This document shows positions 10,114 to 18,694 of a DNA stretch of 64,000 bases, piece by piece. Each line of letters begins with the position of its first letter. Position 1 is the stretch's first letter. Below the pieces are notes generated by a model that made no database searches, was not told the origin of the DNA, and saw only the letters and a program-made list of their open reading frames with translations. The DNA is from a virus (taxonomy: Duplodnaviria > Caudoviricetes). The DNA lies in the IMG/VR virus record IMGVR_UViG_3300044556_000086, positions 1 to 64,000 of that record; one strand, 5' to 3'. The position numbers were made by a program, and so were the translations under genes.

Positions 10114-10663
10114 TTTTAAAAAAGGTTCAATGTATCTAACGACTAAATTCATGAGATACAATGTTCCAAAGAATAAAGTACTAACAGACTATATGACAGA
10201 ACACTTTCTAAAGTACTATAAGCAGAATAGGTTATACTTCCGTAAAATAGGGAAGTATATCATAGATTTTCGTTCCTTGGGTAATCTAAGCTGTATTTCT
10301 ATGTGTTCTAAGTGTCCATACTATCTTACTACTCATTGTCAGTATGAAACTTTTCCTATAGACGGGATAGTTATTTCTGATGACCTTATTTTTGTATTTT
10401 CTGCTGATAGTAAGACAGGTAGCTTTTCAAGATATTGGCATACCGATATATCTAGGATATGTAATAACTATAAGTTGTGTAAATCTATAGAAACAGGTTG
10501 TTATCGAAATACTAAATACATACAGACTCTACATATTCAGAAGATTCAGTCTGAACAGTTTTCTGATAAGTACCTTCCAGTGTATTTAGATAGGAAAGAT
10601 ACCTTAATTTCTCTTTTAGGGTATTCTGTGTATCATACGATATGTTCTTGTTTTCGTCAATAA
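10100..10663 (+). CDS. Hypothetical protein whose native 5' end (ATG 8410) is separated by the IscB insertion
   Basis: Joining 8428 to 10173 reads MKRAWSH-KVLTDYMTEH in frame; in-frame ATGs also lie in the element end. Confidence 0.65.
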   Translation: MYMHDFKKGSMYLTTKFMRYNVPKNKVLTDYMTEHFLKYYKQNRLYFRKIGKYIIDFRSLGNLSCISMCSKCPYYLTTHCQYETFPIDGIVISDDLIFVFSADSKTGSFSRYWHTDISRICNNYKLCKSIETGCYRNTKYIQTLHIQKIQSEQFSDKYLPVYLDRKDTLISLLGYSVYHTICSCFRQ

Positions 10664-10677
10664 CCCATAACTAAAGC
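10656..10677 (+). mobile_element. Degenerate IscB-end micro-remnant
   Basis: C|GTCAATAACCCATAACTAAAGC|ATAAA, with the same junction bases as the other two copies. Confidence 0.5.
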
Positions 10678-10753
10678 ATAAAGTTGTACTTGTTATTCAG
10701 TTCTATTATATATACCTATTGTGAGGAGTGGTGTATAAGTTTAGACCGGGAGT

Positions 10754-11257
10754 ATGAGAATGACACAATTTATGGCATATTTTGCAGGTGTGGAAGAGTT
10801 ACAATCCTCAGTGGTTATTACTATAATAGTATTCATATGTATGTTGTCTTCATTGATTCAGATAGCTCCTATTGAGATAAATCCATGGTCTTCATTTTTC
10901 CATATGATTGGTAAATATCTTAATCAGGATGTAGAAAAGCATCTTGATAAGGTGGATTCTACTTTAATGAAGTTACAGGGGGATAGTGAGTCTATTCATA
11001 AGTCTCTTAATGAATTTTCTTACGCTTTATCTGAACATAAGGCGATAGACTGTAGAGTCCGGATACTATCTTTTGAGGATGGGTTACAGCACGGGGAAAA
11101 CTACACCAAAGAGTCCTTCGATAATATCTTAAATGATATTACATTTTATGAGGTGTTCTGTAAGGAACATCCCGATTTCAGAAATAATATAGCTTGGTTG
11201 TCTATTAGTCATATTAAATCTGAATATAAGAAGAGGTTAATAGACCATAATTTTTGA
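10754..11257 (+). CDS. Holin-like membrane protein common in Firmicutes phages
   Basis: N-terminal TM segment; IQIAPIEINPW and YEVFCKEHPDFRNN motifs. Confidence 0.6.
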   Translation: MRMTQFMAYFAGVEELQSSVVITIIVFICMLSSLIQIAPIEINPWSSFFHMIGKYLNQDVEKHLDKVDSTLMKLQGDSESIHKSLNEFSYALSEHKAIDCRVRILSFEDGLQHGENYTKESFDNILNDITFYEVFCKEHPDFRNNIAWLSISHIKSEYKKRLIDHNF

Positions 11258-11263
11258 GGTGGG

Positions 11264-11298
11264 TATAGGTACTCTGTGAAAGGAGTACCTATATTTTT
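11264..11298 (+). terminator. Intrinsic terminator
   Basis: TATAGGTACTC/GAGTACCTATA stem plus TTTTT. Confidence 0.7.
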
Positions 11299-11308
11299 GT
11301 CTGTGTAT

Positions 11309-11341
11309 GTACTTGACATTAAGTAAATAATCTGGTATATT
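11309..11341 (+). promoter_or_regulatory. Sigma-A promoter with operator (copy 2)
   Basis: GTACTT-GACATT-AAGTAA; TTGACA-17-TATATT. Confidence 0.8.
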
Positions 11342-11385
11342 GTAAGTGTGAAGTGAATGTTTCTTATTTGAGGAGGTTGACTATT

Positions 11386-11643
11386 ATGGTAGCTTTGTAT
11401 CATTTGTTTGACCCGTTAGTCCGAAACTATGACAAGACGGGGGTATCTAAGGATAGTTTTTCCAAGTATTTCCATAAGACGAAAGAAAAGGTTTCTTGTT
11501 CCATCAATGATAAGGAACCAAAGAATAGGGTAGTCTGGAGAACTTCTATTCCTGGGTTTGAAGACTATAAGTTTGTTAAAGCTAATAAAAGTGTTTACTA
11601 TGAAGACGATGGTGACGGAAGCTGGGTATTTGATTTGTTTTAA
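11386..11643 (+). CDS. Hypothetical protein
   Basis: AGGAGG RBS before ATG 11386. Confidence 0.7.
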   Translation: MVALYHLFDPLVRNYDKTGVSKDSFSKYFHKTKEKVSCSINDKEPKNRVVWRTSIPGFEDYKFVKANKSVYYEDDGDGSWVFDLF

Positions 11644-11692
11644 CCTTATTCTGAAAGAAGACTCCCACCTGAAAAGGTGGGAGTGTATTTAT
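11644..11692 (+). mobile_element. Single-hairpin IS605 mini-remnant
   Basis: TTTAA|CCTTATTCTGAAAGAAGACTCCCACCT closely matches the left end at 31792; perfect hairpin at 11661-11684. Confidence 0.6.
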
Positions 11693-11713
11693 AAGAATGG
11701 GAGTGAGTATTTG

Positions 11714-12493
11714 ATGATTGAAACTGTTTTAGGCTTGGATAAGGAAAAAGTTCTTTTCATGGTCTATAATATTGTACGTCGTCCTCTAGGGTATGTTGTA
11801 GTTTCTGGTTCTCATGCTTATGGTCTATCTCATTCTGGGTCTGACTATGATATCCGAGGTTTCTACTATGAAACACCTGAAGAAATATTATCTTTTAGAC
11901 CTGATAAAGGGGTTATTCGATTTTCTGTAAAAGATGTTGGTGTTGACTATGATGTTGAAATGTATTCTTTCCGAAAGTTCATGGATGTTCTGGAGGGTGG
12001 TTCTCCGAATATCTTAGAACTTCTGGTAGACCCGTATATCTTGTTCAAAGATAATACAGTTGATTTTCTGAGACAGAATGTTCATAAGTTCATCTCTATC
12101 AAGAGCACTATCTCTCCTATGTTTGGTTGTATTCAGAATGACCTAACTATCTGCCGTAAATTGGATGAACGTTGTGGGAAAAGGGCTAGTAATGCTTTGA
12201 GAACCTGTAAAGAGATGAAGCATGTTCTGGAAACAGGGGAATTAGATATTTCTTTGTCTTCTGGTGATGAATATCTAATTTATCTGAAGGCCAATAGTTG
12301 TGATTTACCCGTTGATTTCAAGAATCGTGTCTGTAGTGAGATTGGCTCTAAGTTAGAGGAGTTACGGTCTTTAGAAAAAGAAAATACTTCTTTACCAAAA
12401 CTCATCGATAGGGATTGGGTAGATTCTGAAACATTCAAAGTTTGTTACGGAAGACTAGTCAGTTCTTCTGAAAAAGTTACAGGGAGTACCTAG
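11714..12493 (+). CDS. Pol-beta-family nucleotidyltransferase (Nuc-transf/RlaP-like)
   Basis: SGSHAYGLSHSGSDYDIRG and GSPNILELL motifs; likely start at ATG 11714. Confidence 0.85.
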   Translation: MIETVLGLDKEKVLFMVYNIVRRPLGYVVVSGSHAYGLSHSGSDYDIRGFYYETPEEILSFRPDKGVIRFSVKDVGVDYDVEMYSFRKFMDVLEGGSPNILELLVDPYILFKDNTVDFLRQNVHKFISIKSTISPMFGCIQNDLTICRKLDERCGKRASNALRTCKEMKHVLETGELDISLSSGDEYLIYLKANSCDLPVDFKNRVCSEIGSKLEELRSLEKENTSLPKLIDRDWVDSETFKVCYGRLVSSSEKVTGST

Positions 12494-12569
12494 GTTAAAG
12501 GGGTGGATACTTAGGTACTTATATCAAACAGACTCTGGGGATACTTTATTTTATGGTATAGATGATGAT

Positions 12570-12602
12570 TTACTTTACATTAAGTAAATAGTATGGTATA
12601 AT
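12570..12602 (+). promoter_or_regulatory. Sigma-A promoter with operator (copy 3)
   Basis: TTACTT-TACATT-AAGTAA; TTTACA-17-TATAAT. Confidence 0.8.
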
Positions 12603-12658
12603 ATAGTTGTGGTAAGGGAGTAGTAAAATCTAAATGACTATCTTAAGGAGGAATTACC

Positions 12659-12904
12659 ATGACTAATATTCTTTTGAAGCTGTATAAGGTATCTGAAACA
12701 TTGTTCAGAACAGAAATGTTCCTTGATGAGGATGACCCGGAAGTTATTAGACTCCGTAAAGAGCTTAAGGATTGTAAGGCTAAGGCTTCTGTCCGTTATA
12801 GTCCTGAAGTTATTGATAAAGTTATTTCTTGTGGTGAAGACTCTGGTTTGGGGAATGGGTCTGAATCTTACTGGTTTCACAAAGTTCAATCTTTAGGTTT
12901 CTAG
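12659..12904 (+). CDS. Hypothetical protein
   Basis: AAGGAGG RBS. Confidence 0.75.
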   Translation: MTNILLKLYKVSETLFRTEMFLDEDDPEVIRLRKELKDCKAKASVRYSPEVIDKVISCGEDSGLGNGSESYWFHKVQSLGF

Positions 12905-12930
12905 GATGATATCTAATAGGAGGGATTACC

Positions 12931-13095
12931 ATGACCGTTGAAGAATTCAGAGAAAAATTAGATAAGATGACTGGGTGTGGTGATTGCCCGTATCCGGAAG
13001 CTACAGGTTTCCGTGATGATAATTGGGTTAACAGAGCTGATTATGTTGTTGGTCCTTGTGGTCAACAGAATTGTTGGTTAGAATTAGATGACTAA
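12931..13095 (+). CDS. Small Cys-rich protein (54 aa, not in the ORF track)
   Basis: GGAGG RBS; MTVEEFREK...CGDCP...CGQQNCW; followed by a terminator. Confidence 0.7.
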   Translation: MTVEEFREKLDKMTGCGDCPYPEATGFRDDNWVNRADYVVGPCGQQNCWLELDD

Positions 13096-13104
13096 GTGTT
13101 TCAT

Positions 13105-13139
13105 AAAGTACCCCAGTCGATATATCTGGGGTACTTTTT
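13105..13139 (+). terminator. Intrinsic terminator
   Basis: AAAGTACCCCAG/CTGGGGTACTTT stem plus T run. Confidence 0.75.
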
Positions 13140-13163
13140 CTATTATAAGTTCTATAAAAGGGA

Positions 13164-13454
13164 GTGGTTACTTTGAATACTATTCATAAAACAATATCTT
13201 TTTCTGACTTGTCGAAAGAAGATAAAGGCATGATAAATCGGGTCTACTATCTGGTAGACGTAGCTTGTCAGTCTGGGAATACTTATTGCTTAATAGGGTG
13301 TACTTTGTCTGATGATGTTCAACAGTTTCTGAAAGGTAGTGGATTTCATGTTCAGAAGATCCAGGAACTCAGTTATTTTGATTATAAGGTAAGTTGGACT
13401 AAGCCTTCATTCTTTCAAAGAGTAAAATCTAAAATTCTAGGTCTATTTCAGTAA
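13164..13454 (+). CDS. Hypothetical protein
   Basis: ORF track; the true start may be the TTG at 13173. Confidence 0.6.
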   Translation: MVTLNTIHKTISFSDLSKEDKGMINRVYYLVDVACQSGNTYCLIGCTLSDDVQQFLKGSGFHVQKIQELSYFDYKVSWTKPSFFQRVKSKILGLFQ

Positions 13455-13470
13455 ATAAATCTTAATATAT

Positions 13471-13503
13471 TTACTTTACATCAAGTAATAAGTATGGTAT
13501 ACT
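13471..13503 (+). promoter_or_regulatory. Sigma-A promoter with operator (copy 4)
   Basis: TTACTT-TACATC-AAGTAA; TTTACA-17-TATACT. Confidence 0.8.
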
Positions 13504-13529
13504 AAGGGTGTAAGAGAGGAGGATGTCAT

Positions 13530-13814
13530 ATGGATTCTGAACGGTTTCTTTCATTATTTGACTCTGGGGATACAGATACCTTAGTCAAGGAATTCCCTTT
13601 CTATACTATGACGGATAGTTCTTGTGTAGAGTCTAAGGTAGAGGATTCCATCTATGATGGGTGTAAAAGATTCAAGGTAGTTCTTTCTATAGGTGGTAGA
13701 CATTTCTACTACTATTACTATACTCTTAGTTATCCTGATTACATTGAAGATTTTGATGTAATCAAGGAAGAAGACCGGTATGATTGGTCTAAATATTCAG
13801 AGTTAGTTTCTTAA
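13530..13814 (+). CDS. Acidic hypothetical protein, paralogue of 32362..32667
   Basis: Shared LFDSGD.DTL.KE(F/Y)PF N-terminus. Confidence 0.75.
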   Translation: MDSERFLSLFDSGDTDTLVKEFPFYTMTDSSCVESKVEDSIYDGCKRFKVVLSIGGRHFYYYYYTLSYPDYIEDFDVIKEEDRYDWSKYSELVS

Positions 13815-13836
13815 TTCATGTTCAGGAGGTGGTTTC

Positions 13837-14187
13837 ATGGCTAAAGATTATGTTACCTGGAATGAAGTACCTTGTACTCTAGGAGATGGGGTAGTATCTT
13901 CTATAGGTAAGGGTTACATCAAGTTTTCTTTCATGTCTTATGTCAGACGTATTCTTACATTGAATGAAGATGTAGATTCTTCTACTTTCTGTTTTGATGA
14001 TAGTATGGGTATTCTTTCTAGGAATCTTCATTTTTCTGGGGATACAGACTATCGTTCATTTCTGAAATCTTTATTTACCTCTAATGAAATTTCTTCTATG
14101 ATAACCTATGTATATCATGAACTTGGTAGTTATGGTATTCATGTATCAGAAGACAGGTTAGATTTTATTACATATTTATACGCATAA
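13837..14187 (+). CDS. Hypothetical protein
   Basis: AGGAGG RBS. Confidence 0.7.
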   Translation: MAKDYVTWNEVPCTLGDGVVSSIGKGYIKFSFMSYVRRILTLNEDVDSSTFCFDDSMGILSRNLHFSGDTDYRSFLKSLFTSNEISSMITYVYHELGSYGIHVSEDRLDFITYLYA

Positions 14188-14281
14188 TATGTATAATTAT
14201 ATGATAAAATATACAATATCTAGGTAAGTAAAAACAAATCGTATGTATCTTAAGTTGTTTTAGTTAAACTTGGAGGGTGTT

Positions 14282-15661
14282 ATGAATACAACATGGAGCT
14301 TGTATTATGAAGATTCTGAACATCGGTTAGCCGGTACTCTAAAGGTACGTCCTTTTATTGACCTTATGGGTGATGGGATGTATCATGCTGAACCTATCTT
14401 ACAGTCCTTGTATAAGATGATAAAGTATCCGATACAGAGTATATCTGATACTATTAAAGATGGGGTCACTGCTTCTGTTATCTATTATCAGTTTGCTAAT
14501 ATGTTAATTGACTCGTATACGAAAGATTGTTCCATTACTATCAATACTGCTAAGGCTTCTCTTCTGGCTGAATTATACTCTTATATAGTAAATGATACCT
14601 TAAAGGTAGACCCGACTTATTATGGTAAGGATGGTTCTCGTCTTTACCTTCAGATTAAGGATGTTCATATGAAAGGTAGTTATAAGGTATCCTTCCAAGA
14701 AGGACATACTCAGATTGGGGTAGGGAAGTATATTAAGTTCAATAAAGATACTATGGATAACTCTTTCTTTTCAAAGAGTAAGGATTCAAGGTTCTATCGT
14801 GGGTTTGATATGAAAGGATTGGATAAGCATATTTTAGATTTAATCTACATAGTGTTCTTTTATGAATGGACTGGATTCACTGGTATAGAAGATAGTACGT
14901 ACTATGCTAATTCTAGGTTAGGTATCGTATACTTACCTCAGGTATTAGGTAATCCAATTACTCCCTTAGGGGATAAGGATGAACCTTATGGGGTATTAGT
15001 AGATGACACTTATTTCTGTATTCCAGAACACCTTGGTACAGGCATCAGTCTTTCTTCTAATAAAGGGTGTATCCGTAAGAGTATCTTAAATGAGTTCCGT
15101 GACACTCTTTTCCATGGTGTCTTACATTATAAGTGTGTTACAGATAGTGGTTCTTATTATGTATTTGACCCTTATGATAGCGGGGATACTCCTCCTGTCA
15201 GACTGAATAAATACCTGGTTTCCCTAGAGTTGTTATTGAATAGTAATATTCAGTTCAAGACCTTAGTCTTAGAATATCCGGGTACAAATTTGACAGTGTT
15301 CCAGCAGAGTCAGTTAGCCCATATCTTATCTAGGTTAAATTCTGAATTAGGTATCCATATCTGGATGGTAACCCCTAATGTAAGTCCTGTCAGGGATTAT
15401 TTCATTACTTTGTTGAGTGCTATGCATTTTGATGAGGACTACTCAAATCCTGATAAGAAGGGTAATATCAAAGATTGCTGGAAGATAGGTACAAATGATG
15501 ATGAGGACTGTTATGTTACAGGGAATCTAAAATCCTATAATACGTCTTTTCATAAAGTGCGGTATTGTAAGGGTTTTGATTTATTTGGAAGGAAGGGTAC
15601 TTATTACTTATCTCCTTATTCTGTAGTTCTAAGTGATGAATCCTGGTTGTATAAGAATTAG
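14282..15661 (+). CDS. Degenerate ABC/AAA_15-like ATPase
   Basis: NTAKASLL (decayed Walker A); LVLEYPGTNL...QQ..LA..L...IWMVTPN (decayed Walker B, D-loop and H-loop). Confidence 0.5.
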   Translation: MNTTWSLYYEDSEHRLAGTLKVRPFIDLMGDGMYHAEPILQSLYKMIKYPIQSISDTIKDGVTASVIYYQFANMLIDSYTKDCSITINTAKASLLAELYSYIVNDTLKVDPTYYGKDGSRLYLQIKDVHMKGSYKVSFQEGHTQIGVGKYIKFNKDTMDNSFFSKSKDSRFYRGFDMKGLDKHILDLIYIVFFYEWTGFTGIEDSTYYANSRLGIVYLPQVLGNPITPLGDKDEPYGVLVDDTYFCIPEHLGTGISLSSNKGCIRKSILNEFRDTLFHGVLHYKCVTDSGSYYVFDPYDSGDTPPVRLNKYLVSLELLLNSNIQFKTLVLEYPGTNLTVFQQSQLAHILSRLNSELGIHIWMVTPNVSPVRDYFITLLSAMHFDEDYSNPDKKGNIKDCWKIGTNDDEDCYVTGNLKSYNTSFHKVRYCKGFDLFGRKGTYYLSPYSVVLSDESWLYKN

Positions 15662-15683
15662 TATAGAAAGGGAGGAAATAGTT

Positions 15684-16631
15684 ATGTCTATCAATACGAG
15701 TCTGGGAGAATTGTTCTATAAGCTTCATACTAAAGATGATACTTCTGTAAAGGTGCATACTTTTCAGAAGAAGGTAGAGAAGGTAAAAGCTTATCAGACA
15801 CCTGTATCTTTAGTAGTACATACCTTGAGAGGATATCAGACAGTAAGTCAAAACCAATTTATTATTACTTCTTACAATGATTATGATATCTTTGAAGTAG
15901 ATGGTTCTAAACTTCCTGATTACTCTAATCTTTATTCTCTTAGACTGAAAGAGATGTTAGGGAAGATAACCAAGGATATGTTCTTTCTCTTCATGGATAC
16001 CCTAGTCACTAAAGGGACATGGGCTAAAGGAATCGAGAACGGTATTTTATCTTATTCTGTAAATGGGTACTTGAGAGTAAATTTACAGGACTTTTATCGA
16101 GATACAAACATCGATTATAATGATATACTCTGTAATGTGTTAGAGGAAATTGCTGAGTTCTATAAGGTACCTACGTATACGATTATCTTACGTATCTTGA
16201 AGGAATATGGGAAGGATACCTACTCTGAAAAGTTCTTTCATAAGTACGTAGATACCACAATTCCTAGTGTAGTATGTACTTCAGATTATTTCTTTTCTAA
16301 TTATCGTATTCTGGATGATGACGATACTCCAAAGTTCAATTTTTCAAAGGCTTTGGATTTATTACAGTCTGGGTATAGTGTTTCTCGTGAGGTATGGGTA
16401 GCCAATAAGAATAGTATTCCTTATCTGACTTATTGTGAAGGTATGATTATCTTAGATATGAATGATACTTCTATTAATGGATGGTCTCCCTCTCAGGATG
16501 ACATGTTTGCTGATGATTGGTTCCAGGTAGACCCGTACTACTCAGATTATTTAGGGGACGATGATGATTTAGAGTATGATAAGAAAGAATTAGTAAAAGT
16601 GACAGATGAGTTCTTATCTTCTTTATCATAG
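15684..16631 (+). CDS. Protein with a split PGDYG-like N-terminus and a C-terminal DUF2829 (Tad2-like) domain
   Basis: FNFSKALDLL..G..VSR..W...WSPSQDDMFADDW; paralogous to 35948..36412. Confidence 0.7.
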   Translation: MSINTSLGELFYKLHTKDDTSVKVHTFQKKVEKVKAYQTPVSLVVHTLRGYQTVSQNQFIITSYNDYDIFEVDGSKLPDYSNLYSLRLKEMLGKITKDMFFLFMDTLVTKGTWAKGIENGILSYSVNGYLRVNLQDFYRDTNIDYNDILCNVLEEIAEFYKVPTYTIILRILKEYGKDTYSEKFFHKYVDTTIPSVVCTSDYFFSNYRILDDDDTPKFNFSKALDLLQSGYSVSREVWVANKNSIPYLTYCEGMIILDMNDTSINGWSPSQDDMFADDWFQVDPYYSDYLGDDDDLEYDKKELVKVTDEFLSSLS

Positions 16632-17002
16632 TTTCGCCAGAAGACTCCTTCCTCTTAGGTGGTTGATGAATGGTGATATTGTGGTATAATATTAGTAGCA
16701 GTTAGACTTCTGCTAGAACAAAAAAGTATTTTAATCAACGGTCTTTGAACCGTTTTTGGAGGAGCACTCCCCCTTGCCGCAGCACGACACGGTATGTGAA
16801 TCGCGACGGGTAGAAAAGAAGTGCAAGTATTATTAAAGTAAGCAGAACTTCGATTTCGAGGGACTGTGTAAGGGGCTTTTGGACAGCCCTTTGAGAATAA
16901 GGATATCCTGACAGCTAACTCCTTTGGAATAGGCTGTCAGGCGTTAGTCCGTATATCAAACTTCTCAAGAATCTCTCGCTTCTATAAGTGGGAGAGGTTC
17001 AA
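16627..17002 (+). mobile_element. Non-autonomous IS605 element / stand-alone TnpB omegaRNA cassette
   Basis: TTTAT then a left end with AAGA guide and hairpin; TGGTATAAT -10; ~16835-16905 is homologous to the tnpB 3' end (41519-41590); right end GAAT-hairpin-TTCAA. Confidence 0.85.
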
Positions 17003-17033
17003 GGTCAGTATAGAAGAAATCAAAAAACATGGG

Positions 17034-17282
17034 TTGTCTAAACGATACTTACAAAGGGTATCTTCTGATACCTTACAAGAACTATCAAAGGAAAAGAAAT
17101 CGAATGGTAGTGCTACTGCTCTTGCTTTGTTAGCTCAGGAAGTATTGTGGGAACGGTCTGGTAGACCTTTTTCCGGTGATATTCAAAGGTACTATTGGGA
17201 CATAGGAGACTATGAAGATGATGAAGATATAGACACGTATCTTGATGACTATGAAGACTATGACGAAGAGGATGATTACTAA
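17034..17282 (+). CDS. Acidic-tailed hypothetical protein; native start codon split by the insertion
   Basis: The empty site TTAT|GGTCAGT gives ATG GTC AGT ATA..., in frame with this ORF. Confidence 0.6.
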   Translation: MSKRYLQRVSSDTLQELSKEKKSNGSATALALLAQEVLWERSGRPFSGDIQRYYWDIGDYEDDEDIDTYLDDYEDYDEEDDY

Positions 17283-17375
17283 TGGTACGTTCGTATTTTA
17301 GTCAGTATGGTCATCTTGATGTGTAGTATACTTCTGGTTCTCGTGATTCTTTTACCGTAAAAGGGGGTTATCTAA

Positions 17376-17777
17376 ATGAAAGATGATACTAAGTGGACTT
17401 ATGCTATTGGTGATGAAGAAGACTATCGAGGTGTGTTCTTCAATACAAAGGAAGACGCTTTAGAAGAAGCCAGGAATGAAATGCAGACAGATGATACCTA
17501 TTCTGGAGATGAGGTCATCTGGATAGGGAAAGTAAAGACTTTCACACCTGTAGTATCTGTAGCAGATGAATTACTTTATGAACTGCAAGACCAAGCTTAT
17601 GATGAAGTTGGTGATTATGGAGATGGATGGCTGGATGATGTAAAGAATGAAGACCAGGATGAATTAGATAATGCTATTCAGAGTTGTTTCATGGAATGGT
17701 TAGAAAAGCACCCTGAATATAAACCAGAGTTCTTCACTATTGAAGAACCTGAATCTTACTCATCAAATAAAGAATAA
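17376..17777 (+). CDS. Acidic phage protein
   Basis: FNTKEDALEEAR motif common in phage accessory proteins. Confidence 0.75.
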   Translation: MKDDTKWTYAIGDEEDYRGVFFNTKEDALEEARNEMQTDDTYSGDEVIWIGKVKTFTPVVSVADELLYELQDQAYDEVGDYGDGWLDDVKNEDQDELDNAIQSCFMEWLEKHPEYKPEFFTIEEPESYSSNKE

Positions 17778-17894
17778 ATCTTAACTAAAATAGGGATAAA
17801 ATATAGACTATAGACTCGCTATATATAGGCTTAGGACTACTCAAAGTTCTAAGCCTTTTCTTTTATTTTCAAGGCAGGTGAGATTTTATATTCT

Positions 17895-18692
17895 ATGGCA
17901 GATAAAGACAGTACGAAGCAGCAGGGGTTAGCTTGGAGATATCCGCTCCAGAGACAGCATGAAGTCAATAATCCGATTATAGTCAATGAAGATATAGACT
18001 TACAGAGAAGAATGTTCTGGGAAGCCGCTATTTCTACGGGGATAGTAGTAGACTTTTATCGGTGTAGAGTAGATGTATCCGATTTTTATCAAGACCCACA
18101 TCTTGAATATGATGAACCGATAAGGGTACCTATTATCTTTGATGACCATCCGAAGGTCAAGATTTTGAAGATGTACGGGTGGTTCACCGAAGATGAAGAC
18201 CATCCTACCATGGCTTACCTACCCATGTACTCTGATTGGAATACAAAGGAACTACTAGACGTCCGGGAAAATTCTTTGATGAGAATTTCTTATTATGGAC
18301 AACCTATGCAGGCAGATTTTCGTATAATGGATAAGAAGATGGATTCCTTATACGGTGTATACTGGGTATGTAAATTAGCACCTGAAAGGAGTAATGAGTT
18401 CACTCTGGTGAATAACCATGGGGAACACTTCTTGCAGAAAGAGCCAGAAGGTCGTCCTATGGGTTCTAAGTATGTACAGGAACATGGGTCTGATGTAGAT
18501 AATCGTAAGTATGAAGACGATAGTTTCGTAGATAATTATACGGTATTGGATTCTAATGATGACTATTTCTCTAAGTTGGTATCTAAGTCGAATACAGAGA
18601 ATAATGTCATAACCAATGACCCGAAAGAAAATAATGATATCGTAGTCGATACTAAGAATAAAGATACTGGTTCCTCATCAGGTGGTGATTAA
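17895..18692 (+). CDS. Putative head-closure/neck virion protein
   Basis: First gene of the structural block; function inferred from position. Confidence 0.55.
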   Translation: MADKDSTKQQGLAWRYPLQRQHEVNNPIIVNEDIDLQRRMFWEAAISTGIVVDFYRCRVDVSDFYQDPHLEYDEPIRVPIIFDDHPKVKILKMYGWFTEDEDHPTMAYLPMYSDWNTKELLDVRENSLMRISYYGQPMQADFRIMDKKMDSLYGVYWVCKLAPERSNEFTLVNNHGEHFLQKEPEGRPMGSKYVQEHGSDVDNRKYEDDSFVDNYTVLDSNDDYFSKLVSKSNTENNVITNDPKENNDIVVDTKNKDTGSSSGGD

Positions 18693-18694
18693 TC

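Larger units (their letters stand above)
8429..10172 (+). mobile_element. IS200/IS605-family IscB element without tnpA
   Basis: Begins GTCAATAAC plus hairpin CTCATGACTAAAGTCACGAG; ends with a related hairpin and TGTTCCAAAGA, followed by ATAAA. The same ends recur at 20960-21004. Confidence 0.85.
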
